Shown piece after piece: positions 52,730 through 62,422 of a stretch of 64,000 nucleotides of DNA (positions are counted from its first letter, which is position 1; every line of letters starts with the position of its first letter). Both the position numbers and the translations under genes were made by a program. This DNA is from Gammaproteobacteria bacterium. GTDB taxonomy: Bacteria > Pseudomonadota > Gammaproteobacteria > Steroidobacterales > Rariloculaceae. The stretch lies in the NCBI GenBank assembly GCA_050485685.1, contig JBJHBW010000001.1:146118-210117 (forward strand). Direction: 5' to 3'. The notes beneath the pieces are model-generated. The model saw only the letters and a list, made by a program, of their open reading frames with translations. It ran no database searches and had not been told where the DNA came from.

Positions 52730-53167
52730 ATGGCCAGCGTGACCAGCCGATCCGGTGCCTGGTTCGACCCGTTCGAACAGCTGCGCCGGGAAATGGACAG
52801 CCTGTTCGAATCATCTTTCGGCCCGGCCAGCATCCGGTCCCCGGCACGGGGGGCATTTCCGGCGGTCAACGTCGGTATAAGCCCTGAGTCGGTAGACGTT
52901 TATCTTTTCCTGCCCGGCCTGGATCCTGAGAAACTGGACGTTTCTCTTGAAGATCACGTGCTGACCGTAAGCGGTGAGCGCCCGCCGACCGAAGGCGACG
53001 GACGCGTCTACCTGCGCGAGCGCTTCTCGGGCGCATTCACGCGCGCAATCAATCTTCCCGACGAGGTAGACCCCGAAAACAGCCGCGCCGAATACCGCAA
53101 TGGCGTACTTCGGGTGAGCTTCGGCCGCAGGCAGGAAGCCCGAGTCCGACGCATAGAAGTGAAGTGA
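52730..53167 (+). CDS. Hsp20/alpha-crystallin small heat-shock protein
   Basis: GGAGG Shine-Dalgarno 8 nt before the ATG at 52730. The alpha-crystallin domain is present (PAVNVGISPESVDVYLFLPGLDPEKLDVSLEDHVLTVSGER...AEYRNGVLRVSF). Confidence 0.9.
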   Translation: MASVTSRSGAWFDPFEQLRREMDSLFESSFGPASIRSPARGAFPAVNVGISPESVDVYLFLPGLDPEKLDVSLEDHVLTVSGERPPTEGDGRVYLRERFSGAFTRAINLPDEVDPENSRAEYRNGVLRVSFGRRQEARVRRIEVK

Positions 53168-53192
53168 CCGGAAACAGTTTCAGGAGGCAGAC

Positions 53193-53570
53193 ATGAACAC
53201 AACCAGGGATTCTCAGGTGACCGCGAACAACGAGCGCGTACAGACTCTGCGTCCGCCGGTAGATGTGATGGAAGATGAGCACGGCATTGTGCTGCATGCG
53301 GACATGCCGGGCGTTGCGTCGGAGGACCTGAACATTTCCGTGGAAGACAAGGTCCTGCGGATTGAAGCTGACGCCAGGCTGGACACGCCGGATGAGATGA
53401 AGGCCGTATACGCCGAGTTCAGAACGCCGCGCTATGTACGCGAATTCTCGTTGAGTGGCGAACTGGACGCGCAGAAGATCGATGCGACTCTGCGAAATGG
53501 CCTGCTGGTGCTGAAGATTCCGAAGCACGAGCATGCGAAGCCGCGCAAGATCTCGGTGAATGTGCGCTGA
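53193..53570 (+). CDS. Hsp20/alpha-crystallin small heat-shock protein (second copy)
   Basis: AGGAGG Shine-Dalgarno. The alpha-crystallin domain is present (PPVDVMEDEHGIVLHADMPGVASEDLNISVEDKVLRIEA...ATLRNGLLVLKIPK). Confidence 0.9.
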   Translation: MNTTRDSQVTANNERVQTLRPPVDVMEDEHGIVLHADMPGVASEDLNISVEDKVLRIEADARLDTPDEMKAVYAEFRTPRYVREFSLSGELDAQKIDATLRNGLLVLKIPKHEHAKPRKISVNVR

Positions 53571-53599
53571 TCATACCGTGGTGAACTGCGCGCGCCGGA

Positions 53600-54769
53600 T
53601 CACTCCCGCAGCCCAAACCACCAGATGCCGGCGGCCCCTGCGCCGGCTATGGCCATCGTGGTCGCCAGTGGCAGCGCACTCGGCGTCTGCACGGTACTGA
53701 GCAGCGCGGCCACCGCCGCACCAACGACGAACTGATTCACGCTGAACACCGCCGATGCGGCACCGAAGCGGCCCGGGAACCGGCTCAGCGTGCGAGCCAT
53801 CGCGTTCGAGAGTACGAAGCCCAGACCGCAGATGTAGACAAAGCACGTGACCATCACGGCGACCACTCCGCCACCCAGCAGCGACACGACCAGGAACCCC
53901 GCCCCGCCTGCCGCGAGCAGCGACGTGCCCAGCGACAACAGGCGGGAGATCCCGACACGTTCGACCAGACGACCGTTCACATAAGCACTCGCGGACGCAC
54001 CGAGCATGACCACGGCGAAGCAGTAGCCGAACTGGTGAGGCGCAAGCCCGAAGAAATCCACCAGCACGAACGAGGAGTTCGACACGAAGGCGATGACCCC
54101 GGCGAAGCACAGACCCGTGCACGCCATGAAGCCCAGGGCTTTGCGATCCCGCAATACCGGGCCGTAGCCTGCAAGCGCCTGCAACACGCTGATCTGGCGC
54201 ATACGTCGCACGCGTGGCAGCAATGTCAGTGTCACAACAAAACACAACAGGCCGGCGACGGCATGAACCCAGAACACCAGTGGCCAGTACCCCAGCGTTG
54301 CAAGATGACCGCCCACGGCTGGCGCTATCACCGGCGTGAGGAACGCGAACATCTGCACCCAGGACATGGCACGCGAGGCGTCATGGCCTGTCCAGCGATC
54401 AAGAATGAGTGCGCGCGCCAGCACCATGCCGGATGAAGCGCCCAGGCCCTGCACCACACGCAGCGCCACCAGCCACGACAGCGACAGCGCAAACGCGGCA
54501 CCGATGCTTGCGACGATATATATTGCCAGTCCAACCAGCAGCACCGGCTTGCGACCGTACTTGTCCGACAGCGGACCATAGATCGCAGCACCCAGGGAGA
54601 ACCCGATCAGCACCGCACTCATGGTCAGCTGTACCGAGCCGCTGCTGACACCAAGCCCGCTGGCAACCAGCGACAGGGAGGGCACGAACAGGTCGCTGGC
54701 AAGCGGGCCCAGCGCCGCCAGGGCGCCGAGAAATGGAATCAGCAGCAGTTGCCGGAACGACAATGACAT
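53600..54769 (-). CDS. MFS transporter, Bcr/CflA subfamily
   Basis: 12 TM segments and motif GPLSDKYGRKPVLL. It lies downstream of the MarR gene on the same strand. Confidence 0.85.
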   Translation of the reverse strand: MSLSFRQLLLIPFLGALAALGPLASDLFVPSLSLVASGLGVSSGSVQLTMSAVLIGFSLGAAIYGPLSDKYGRKPVLLVGLAIYIVASIGAAFALSLSWLVALRVVQGLGASSGMVLARALILDRWTGHDASRAMSWVQMFAFLTPVIAPAVGGHLATLGYWPLVFWVHAVAGLLCFVVTLTLLPRVRRMRQISVLQALAGYGPVLRDRKALGFMACTGLCFAGVIAFVSNSSFVLVDFFGLAPHQFGYCFAVVMLGASASAYVNGRLVERVGISRLLSLGTSLLAAGGAGFLVVSLLGGGVVAVMVTCFVYICGLGFVLSNAMARTLSRFPGRFGAASAVFSVNQFVVGAAVAALLSTVQTPSALPLATTMAIAGAGAAGIWWFGLRE

Positions 54770-54879
54770 AGCGTTGGAGGCCGTAACCTGATCATTCCTG
54801 AAATTCGTGGCGGTGATGCGGCGGGCACAGGGCGCGGATGTTGCACACCCTGCCCCGCACTACCGGTCCCGAATGCCGG

Positions 54880-55341
54880 TCAGCGCTTGCCCAGCGCGAT
54901 CAGTTCGCGCAGGCCCAGGTGGAGAGCATCCAGCTGCTCCTTTCCAAGCTGCTCGCAGATCTGTGCGTACTCGTGCTCCATGCGCGGACCTATGCGCCTG
55001 ACCAGGCGACGCCCGCGTGGCGAGATGCGCACCTTGAGTTCGCGCTGGTCGCGCTTGGAACGGTCAACGCGCACCAGGCCGTCATCCGCCAGTCTGCGCA
55101 GGATGCGTGTCATGCTGGGCGCGAGCACCGCGGCTTCACGCGCAACCGCAGCTCCGGTCATCTCACTGACTTCATCCAGCGCGCGCAATGTCCGCCATTG
55201 CTGTTCAGTGAGGCCGAATTCGTACAGAATAGGTCGAAATCTGGCTACCGTGACTTCGCGCGCGCGCAGCAGCAGTATCGGCAATGATTCGCTGAAACGA
55301 CGTATCGGAGATCGGTTCGTTGGCATAGGAATATTTCTCAC
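54880..55341 (-). CDS. MarR-family transcriptional regulator
   Basis: Winged-helix core: FGLTEQQWRTLRALDEVSEMTGAAVAREAAVLAPSMTRILRRLADDGLVRVDRSKRDQRE. Confidence 0.85.
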   Translation of the reverse strand: MRNIPMPTNRSPIRRFSESLPILLLRAREVTVARFRPILYEFGLTEQQWRTLRALDEVSEMTGAAVAREAAVLAPSMTRILRRLADDGLVRVDRSKRDQRELKVRISPRGRRLVRRIGPRMEHEYAQICEQLGKEQLDALHLGLRELIALGKR

Positions 55342-55461
55342 CGGCGGTGACGCTCATGTCCAGCCAGTGCGCCGGACTACCAGCGCCGCACATCGATAGC
55401 ATAACACGTTAACTATATTCGTGCGCCCCGTGTCGCATCGCATGACGGTATCCTTGCATCC

Positions 55462-56145
55462 ATGCACATCCTGATCCTGATCATTGCGGTACTTGCGCTG
55501 GTGATAGGACCGGGATTGTGGGTGCGCGCGGTGATGAAGCGCTACAGCATTCCCGCCGACCGTTACCCCAGAACCGGCGGCCAGCTGGCGCGCGAACTGC
55601 TGGACAGCCTTTCGCTGCATCACGTCAGCACGGAAGCCACCGATCAGGGGGATCACTACGATCCGCTGCAGAAGGCGGTGAGGCTTTCGCGCGAGAATTA
55701 CGATGGCCGCTCGCTGACTGCGATAACCATCGCCGCGCACGAGGTAGGGCATGCGATACAGGACGCCGGCGGATTCACACCGCTGCGCTGGCGCACCAGA
55801 CTGGTACGCTGGGTGGGTCCTATTGAGAAAGTCGGCGCCGGCATGCTGATGGCCGCACCGTTCACCGGCGCACTGACACGGTCGCCGGCAATCGGCATGC
55901 TGACCTTTCTTGGCGGCCTCGCGACACTGGGCTCAGGCATTGCCGTACATGCGCTGACGCTGCCCACCGAATTCGACGCCAGCTTCCGCCGCGCCCTGCC
56001 GCTGATGAAACAGCGATCCATCCTGCGCCCGGAAGATCGTCCGCGCGCCCGACGCCTGCTGACCGCCGCCGCACTGACCTACGTGGCCGGTGCCCTGCAA
56101 AGTCTGCTCAACATCGCCCGCTGGTGGGCCATCCTGCGCCGCTGA
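55462..56145 (+). CDS. Membrane zinc metallopeptidase (putative neutral Zn-peptidase family)
   Basis: HEVGHAIQ zincin motif, an N-terminal TM segment and two C-terminal TM segments. Confidence 0.85.
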   Translation: MHILILIIAVLALVIGPGLWVRAVMKRYSIPADRYPRTGGQLARELLDSLSLHHVSTEATDQGDHYDPLQKAVRLSRENYDGRSLTAITIAAHEVGHAIQDAGGFTPLRWRTRLVRWVGPIEKVGAGMLMAAPFTGALTRSPAIGMLTFLGGLATLGSGIAVHALTLPTEFDASFRRALPLMKQRSILRPEDRPRARRLLTAAALTYVAGALQSLLNIARWWAILRR

Positions 56146-56161
56146 CCCCGAACCCCGCCGC

Positions 56162-59100
56162 CTATCGCGCGACAGTCTGCGTCTTCATCGACTCAAGCCG
56201 ATTCGCAACCTCATTCGGCGAACCGGTCCCGAGCGCCAGCAACTGATAGAAAGCCGGAACGACGAACAGCGTCAGAATGGTTGCCAGACTCACACCGAAG
56301 AAAATCACAATACCCAGCGTGGTACGGCTGACCGCTCCAGGGCCAGTGGCCATGATCAGTGGCAACGCACCCATCAGCGTGCACATCGCGGTCATGATCA
56401 CGGGACGGAAGCGAATGCGCGAGGCCTCCAGAATGGCTTCCTGAAAGGCCATGCCGCGATCGCGCATCTGGTTGACGAACTCAACAATCAGCACACCGTT
56501 CTTGGCGGCGATACCGACCAGCATGATGATGCCGATCTGACTGTAAATGTTCAGCGTATTGCCGGTCAGATGCAGTCCGAGCAGACCGCCGGCGACAGCC
56601 AGCGGCACGGTCATCATGATCACGAGCGGATGCACAAAACTCTCGAACTGTGCGGCCAGCACCAGATACACGACGCACAGGGCGATCAGAAACGTGAACA
56701 GCAGCGCGCCTGAGGCTTCCTTGTATTCCAGCGACTCACCGCGATAGTCGATCTGTGCGGTAACCGGCAGCTCGCTGCGCACCAGGCCTTCCAGATAATC
56801 GAGTGCGTCACCGAGGGCGTAACCGGGTGCGAGGTTCGCGCTGATGGTCACTGCACGGGTGCGATTGTGACGGATCAGCTGGCTGGGACCGGCCTGTTCC
56901 TCGAGTCGCACGAGGTTGGACAGCGGTATCAGCTGGCCGGTGCGATCGGATCGCACGAAGATGTTGCGAAGGTCCGAGTGCGTCGCGCGCTGATCGGGCC
57001 TGGCCTGCAGAATGACATCGTACTCCTCACCGTCGACGACATAGGTCGTCACCTGGCGCTGGGTCATCATGGTCTGCAGCGCCTGCCCTATGCTGCGCGC
57101 CGAAACACCCAGGCTGGCCGCGCGATCGGTATCCACGCGCACCAGCACCTGCGGCTGCGTCTCGCGAAGATCGGAATCCATTCGCAGAAGACCAGGATTC
57201 TCGGCAGCGCGTGCCATGATGATGTCGCGCCAGCGTGCCAGCTCCTGGTAATTGGGTCCGCCTATGACCAGCTGCACCGGTGCGCCTCCACCGCTGCCGG
57301 CAATACCCGAGCGCTGGAATGTCATCACGCGGATGTCCGGAATCTCTTCCCACATCTGGCTTAGGCGCTGCATCAGTTCTTCGGTGCCGGTCTCGCGCTC
57401 GTTCCAGGGTCGCAACGTGACGTTGACAATACCGGCGCCACCACCACCCCAGCCCGGGACACCCACCACGCTGCGCTGAATCAGACCAGACTCCACATAC
57501 GGCACCAGTGCATCCTCTACCAGCATGGCCTGCTGCAGCATGTGTTCGAAAGCAACGCCTTCCGGCGCCTGCATCATGCCGTTGAAGCTGCCCTGATCTT
57601 CCACCGGCGCATATTCCTGCGGAATTACGTTCAGAAGGCCCCAGGCACCGCCGGCCAACCCCAGACTGACCAGCACCGCAAGCCACGGCGCGCGCAACGT
57701 GAATGCGAGTACGCGCTGATACTTCCCGGACATCCAGACAAAGAACCTGTCCAGCGCATGTGCCGTACGGCTCTCGCGTTCACTGGGCCGCAGCAGCTTG
57801 GAACACATCATCGGCGCCAGCGAAAGCGCCAGTACACTGGAAAAGATCACGGCGGCCGCAATGGTCACACCCAGCTCGGCGAAAATCCGGCCAATGCTGT
57901 CGCGCAAAAACGCGATGGGCGTAAATACCGACACCAGCACCACCGTAGTCGCAATCACCGCAAATGCCACCTGGCGCGTGCCGTTATAGGCAGCCAGCAG
58001 CGGCGGTTCGCCCTCCTCTATGCGCCTGTGCGCGTTCTCCAGCACTACGATGGAGTCGTCGACGACCAGGCCTATGCACAGCACAAGCGCCAGCAGCGTG
58101 ACCAGGTTGATCGAGAAGCCGAAGGCTGCCAACGCAATGAACGCCGAGATCAGACACACCGGTATCGTCACCAGCGGAATCAGCATTGCGCGGAAGCTGC
58201 CAAGGAACAGCAGGATTACGAGCGCAACCAGCGTGGTCGTAATGCCTATCGTCCAGTACACCGCACTGATGGCCGCGCGTATGAATGCCGAGTCATCACC
58301 GCTGGTGAGCAGGGCCATGCCAGGTGGCAGATCCTGATTCACGCGCTCGACTTCGCGCACGACACCGTCCAGCACTTCCACAGTGTTCGCGGTCGACTGT
58401 TTGATCACGCCGAACCCGGTTGTGGTCGCAGCGTTTGTGCGGAACACCTGATTGAGCTGGCGCGGAGCGACTTCCACATCCGCGATCTCGCCCAACCGTA
58501 TCAGGTGCCCGTCCTCGCCCTGAGCGATGACCAGCCGACGGAACTGCTCAGCGGTCTGATAATTGCGCGCGACCCGTACCTGAAAATCACGCGCAGAGGA
58601 TTCGACCCGCCCGGCCGGCAGTTCGATATTCTCTGCACGCAGCGCGGCTTCGACGTCGTTGACAGTGAGATTACGTGCCGCCAGCGCAAGGCGGTCCAGC
58701 CAGATGCGCATTGACGGGCCGCCGGCGCCGAAACTCTGGATCTGCGACACGCCGGGCAGCACCGCGAAACGATCGATGATGTACCGATTCATGTAGTCGG
58801 TGAGCTCCATCATGTCCATGGTTTCGCTGGACAGCGTCAGGTACATGATGGGCGAGGTATCGGAATCGGATTTCGACACCGTGGGCGGATCGGCGTCATC
58901 GGGAAGACGCCGCGCAACGCGCGATACTCGATCGCGTACGTCGTTCGTCGCCTCGTCAAGGTCACGGTCCAGGTCGAACTCCACGGTTACCTGCGATTGC
59001 GAATCGCGGCTGGTGGATCGAATGATTCGCACGCCTTCTATGCCGCTGAGCTCGCCCTCGATCATCTGGGTGATGCGGCTTTCCACGATATCGGCGGATG

Positions 59101-59260
59101 CACCCGGATAGTTGATCTGCACCTGCACGACCGGCGGCACGACATCGGGGTACTCACGTACGGTCAGATCTCGGAATGACAGGATGCCCAGCGCGACCAG
59201 CATCAGACTGAGCACGGTAGCGAAAACGGGGCGTTTGACGGATATGTCGGATAACCACAT
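56162..59260 (-). CDS. RND efflux transporter permease (AcrB/HAE1-like)
   Basis: 1032 aa with 12 TM segments and two large periplasmic loops. N-terminal MWLSDISVKRPVFATVLSL is typical of AcrB-family proteins. Confidence 0.95.
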   Translation of the reverse strand: MWLSDISVKRPVFATVLSLMLVALGILSFRDLTVREYPDVVPPVVQVQINYPGASADIVESRITQMIEGELSGIEGVRIIRSTSRDSQSQVTVEFDLDRDLDEATNDVRDRVSRVARRLPDDADPPTVSKSDSDTSPIMYLTLSSETMDMMELTDYMNRYIIDRFAVLPGVSQIQSFGAGGPSMRIWLDRLALAARNLTVNDVEAALRAENIELPAGRVESSARDFQVRVARNYQTAEQFRRLVIAQGEDGHLIRLGEIADVEVAPRQLNQVFRTNAATTTGFGVIKQSTANTVEVLDGVVREVERVNQDLPPGMALLTSGDDSAFIRAAISAVYWTIGITTTLVALVILLFLGSFRAMLIPLVTIPVCLISAFIALAAFGFSINLVTLLALVLCIGLVVDDSIVVLENAHRRIEEGEPPLLAAYNGTRQVAFAVIATTVVLVSVFTPIAFLRDSIGRIFAELGVTIAAAVIFSSVLALSLAPMMCSKLLRPSERESRTAHALDRFFVWMSGKYQRVLAFTLRAPWLAVLVSLGLAGGAWGLLNVIPQEYAPVEDQGSFNGMMQAPEGVAFEHMLQQAMLVEDALVPYVESGLIQRSVVGVPGWGGGGAGIVNVTLRPWNERETGTEELMQRLSQMWEEIPDIRVMTFQRSGIAGSGGGAPVQLVIGGPNYQELARWRDIIMARAAENPGLLRMDSDLRETQPQVLVRVDTDRAASLGVSARSIGQALQTMMTQRQVTTYVVDGEEYDVILQARPDQRATHSDLRNIFVRSDRTGQLIPLSNLVRLEEQAGPSQLIRHNRTRAVTISANLAPGYALGDALDYLEGLVRSELPVTAQIDYRGESLEYKEASGALLFTFLIALCVVYLVLAAQFESFVHPLVIMMTVPLAVAGGLLGLHLTGNTLNIYSQIGIIMLVGIAAKNGVLIVEFVNQMRDRGMAFQEAILEASRIRFRPVIMTAMCTLMGALPLIMATGPGAVSRTTLGIVIFFGVSLATILTLFVVPAFYQLLALGTGSPNEVANRLESMKTQTVAR

Positions 59261-59272
59261 GGCGGCAGACCG

Positions 59273-60370
59273 TCAGTGCGAACCCTGCAGGGCAAGTCCG
59301 GTGTCGTCGAAACGGACGCGTATGCCGTCGCGCAACTTCACTATACCTTCGGAGACGACCAGTTCTCCCTCGCTCAATCCGTCCAGCACCTCCACCTGAC
59401 CCGGCACACGTGCCCCGACTCTTATCTGGCGCTGACGCGCGACGCGATCGTCATCGACCTGATAGACATAGGCGCGGTTCTGCACCTGAAACACCGAGTT
59501 CTCCGGCACCATCAGCGCATCACGCTCGGCCATCGTCACGATTACGGTGAGCAGCATGCCGGGGCGCAGCAGCGAGTCGTCATTGGGAAGGTGCGCACGA
59601 ACCTGCAGTGCGCGTGTCACGGGATCGACGCGCGACCCGACGGTACGCACGGTACCGGTGAATTCGCGGTCCGGATAGCTCGCACTGCGCGCCACCACCT
59701 CGGCTCCCGGCTGCAGCGCACCGAGGAAGGTCTCCGGCACGGTGAAATCCAGCTTGATGATGGAAATATCGTCCAGCGTCGTGATCGGGGTGCTGGGTGT
59801 GACCAGCGTACCCGGACTGACCTCACGGAAACCCAGGACACCGCTGAAAGGTGCCTGTATGAGCCTATCGGTAAGCCGCGCGACCACGGTATTCATGCGA
59901 GCCTCGGAGGCCGCCGCGCGATTTCTTGCGACATCGAGGTCCGACACCGGCGCGAGGCCGCGGGAGGTCAGGTCCTCGAGACGTCGCAGCTGGCTCAGCG
60001 CATCATCGAGATTGGCCTGCGCCTCGGCCAGCAACGCTTCTTCTTCCTGATTTGTCAGCTGGATCAGGATCGCACCCTGCTCCACAAAGTCGCCGTCCTC
60101 GAAATCGACCCGCCTTACGGTATCGGTCACTTTCGCGAACAGCGTGACCGACTCGTTGGCCTGGGCGGTACCCAGCGCTTCAACGGTGTCCGAAAAATGC
60201 GCGTACTCCACAGGCCGCACGGAGACCAGCGGCGTCGAGGCTGCAGCGAATCCACCACCGGCCGGGCTGCTGCCGGCAGGCACGCTCTCCTGCCCGGGAC
60301 CTGCAACGTATATCCATGTCGCTGCAGCGGCAACTGCCACGATCACGACCAAAGCCCAAAAGTACTTCAC
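59273..60370 (-). CDS. RND efflux periplasmic adaptor (membrane fusion protein)
   Basis: N-terminal anchor, a coiled-coil hairpin (EALLAEAQANLDDALSQLRRLEDL) and a beta-barrel domain. It ends 13 nt upstream of the RND permease start. Confidence 0.9.
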   Translation of the reverse strand: MKYFWALVVIVAVAAAATWIYVAGPGQESVPAGSSPAGGGFAAASTPLVSVRPVEYAHFSDTVEALGTAQANESVTLFAKVTDTVRRVDFEDGDFVEQGAILIQLTNQEEEALLAEAQANLDDALSQLRRLEDLTSRGLAPVSDLDVARNRAAASEARMNTVVARLTDRLIQAPFSGVLGFREVSPGTLVTPSTPITTLDDISIIKLDFTVPETFLGALQPGAEVVARSASYPDREFTGTVRTVGSRVDPVTRALQVRAHLPNDDSLLRPGMLLTVIVTMAERDALMVPENSVFQVQNRAYVYQVDDDRVARQRQIRVGARVPGQVEVLDGLSEGELVVSEGIVKLRDGIRVRFDDTGLALQGSH

Positions 60371-60538
60371 TGCTGTAACGGCTCGCCCTGGTTGAGGAGA
60401 TCTGCGCTGCGGGGCCGGGATCTGCGGCTCAGATGCCCAATGGGGAACGGCAAATCACGGCACTGCACATCAGCCCATTATGACATGCAGCGGGGTCCAC
60501 TGGTTCCGGACCTGTACAGCCCTGCTACCATCTCCGTC

Positions 60539-61462
60539 ATGAGCACACGTGAATCCCGCGACGCGGACACCATCCGCGCGATAGTCGCCGTCAAGGCACA
60601 GATACCTCGCGATGCAATGAGCGCGGGCCTTCTCGGCACCGAAAGAAGCGGTCATGGCGTACGTATCCGTGAGGACGGCCTGATCGCAACGATAGGCTAT
60701 ATCGTGCACGAGGCCGAATCCGTCTGGCTGGGCGTCGATGACCGCAGCGTGCCCGGCGTGGTGGTCGGGTACGACTTTGACAGCGGGTTCGCGCTGGTGC
60801 GGCCGATACTGCCGCTGGATGGCCCTGTGGCGGCGATTGGCAGCGGCAAGGTACTGAGGGTCGGTGACCCGGTCCAGGTCGCGGCCAGCGGCACCGACCC
60901 GGCACTGAACGCCGAGGTCGTCGCCAGGCAGGAGTTCGCCGGTCGGTGGGAATACCTGCTTGAAGACGCCGTGTTCACCCGCCCGCCCCATGAAAGCTGG
61001 TCGGGCGCGGCCCTGATCGACAGCGACGGACGTCTGTGCGGCCTGGGTTCCCTGGTGATACAGGGGTTTGAACTGAACGGCCAGCCGACCAACGTCAATC
61101 TGTTCGTGCCCATCGATCTCCTGATGCCGCATATCGACGACATCTGCGCACACGGCCGCAGGTCCGGCCCGCCCAGGCCATGGCTGGGCATGCTGGTGCA
61201 CGATGACCGTCAGGAACTGATGATCGTCGGCGTATACAAGAACTGCCCGGCGGATCTCGCAGGCCTCAAACCCGGCGATGTGATCCTCAGCGTCAGCGGG
61301 GAACCGGTACGGGGCCTGGCGAACATGTACCGCAGAATCTGGCGCATGGGCAGCGCCGGCATCAAGGTCGCTTTCACAGTCCTGCGCGACAGCCAGCGCG
61401 TGGAGGCGCTGGTCGAATCAGCGGACAGGGCCGCCTATCAGCACAAGGGCACGGTGCAGTAG
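60539..61462 (+). CDS. S1C-family trypsin-like serine protease with C-terminal PDZ domain, no signal peptide
   Basis: His (TIGYIVHEA), Asp (DFDSGFALVR) and Ser (ESWSGAALID) contexts are present, plus a PDZ domain (WLGMLVHD...GLKPGDVILSVSGEPV). The start is the ATG at 60539 or 60485. The upstream part of the 728-aa track ORF is antisense to the MFP gene and was rejected. Confidence 0.75.
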   Translation: MSTRESRDADTIRAIVAVKAQIPRDAMSAGLLGTERSGHGVRIREDGLIATIGYIVHEAESVWLGVDDRSVPGVVVGYDFDSGFALVRPILPLDGPVAAIGSGKVLRVGDPVQVAASGTDPALNAEVVARQEFAGRWEYLLEDAVFTRPPHESWSGAALIDSDGRLCGLGSLVIQGFELNGQPTNVNLFVPIDLLMPHIDDICAHGRRSGPPRPWLGMLVHDDRQELMIVGVYKNCPADLAGLKPGDVILSVSGEPVRGLANMYRRIWRMGSAGIKVAFTVLRDSQRVEALVESADRAAYQHKGTVQ

Positions 61463-61488
61463 CGCAATCGCCCCGCGGCGGCGAAGCG

Positions 61489-62337
61489 CTACAGCCGCAA
61501 CCAGCTTCGCATCAGGTCGAGCACGTCGGCCGGCACATTGAGATTGCCGACCGTGGTGTCCAGCGGCGTATTGGCATCTATCCACCAGCGAATGATCTCG
61601 ACCTCGCTGTCTGTCAGCGGCGTATTGCCCTCGGCCGGCATGAATGCGTCATGATTGGGCGGCAGCGAGATGCGGTAATACAGCTCGCTGCGTTCCGCAT
61701 TGCCCGGCAGCACAGCCCGGCCGGTATCGCCGCCACGCATCATCGCTTCATAGGTCCAGAGATTGAGGTCGCCGTCCTGTCGCTCGTTACCATGACAGGT
61801 CGCGCAACGGCTTCTCAGCATGGGACGCACCAGATCCAGATAAGGATCCGCAAGGGCCACGTCAGTGACTCGGGGCCTGCGCGGTTCCAGTCCCGCCAGC
61901 GCACGTATCGGCTGCGGAGCATACTCGACCAGGTAGGTCGATCCATGGGTCAGGTTGCCGCCGTAATGTCCGGCAACGAACAGCAGCACAACCACCACCG
62001 CTGCCAGTGGCGTGCCCAGGCGCTGGTAGCTGGCAGGTTTGCGTGTACTGAAATACCAGATCACCACAGCCAGCAATGCAACCAGCGTGCCGGTGACCAT
62101 ATGAATGCCGACCGTCGGCTGGGTGAACCCGCCTTCCAGAAAATGCAGGTATCCAAGCACCACCGTGATCACGGCAGTCAACGCACCGGCCGCCCAAATG
62201 AACGGCAGCGCGCCGGCCATGCGCACATTGTCCTGCCTGCGGGACAGCCAGTGCACAACCGCTGCCAGCAGCAGTATGCCTATGGGCAGATGCAGGACCA
62301 GGACATGGAATCGACCGAGAAAGAAAAGAAAATCCAT
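61489..62337 (-). CDS. Membrane protein with C-terminal planctomycete-type c-cytochrome domain
   Basis: Four N-terminal TM helices (DUF2231-like, with HLPIG). The C-terminal domain carries CATCHG and ...MPAEGNTPLTDSEVEIIRWWI, typical of the PSCyt1-type domain. Confidence 0.75.
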   Translation of the reverse strand: MDFLFFLGRFHVLVLHLPIGILLLAAVVHWLSRRQDNVRMAGALPFIWAAGALTAVITVVLGYLHFLEGGFTQPTVGIHMVTGTLVALLAVVIWYFSTRKPASYQRLGTPLAAVVVVLLFVAGHYGGNLTHGSTYLVEYAPQPIRALAGLEPRRPRVTDVALADPYLDLVRPMLRSRCATCHGNERQDGDLNLWTYEAMMRGGDTGRAVLPGNAERSELYYRISLPPNHDAFMPAEGNTPLTDSEVEIIRWWIDANTPLDTTVGNLNVPADVLDLMRSWLRL

Positions 62338-62422
62338 CAGGGCGGCTCCATAAAGCAGTAAACGGTGGCTTGCGCGCAGGTCAGATCCTGCGCAGGCCTC
62401 AGTCAGTCAGGCGCGGGCTTGA

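Noticed and set aside
59276-60470. 5' two-thirds of the 728-aa + strand ORF 59276..61462
   Set aside because: This part is antisense to the RND adaptor gene and has shadow-frame composition. Only the 3' part from about 60485/60539 shows protease/PDZ motifs, so the CDS was trimmed.
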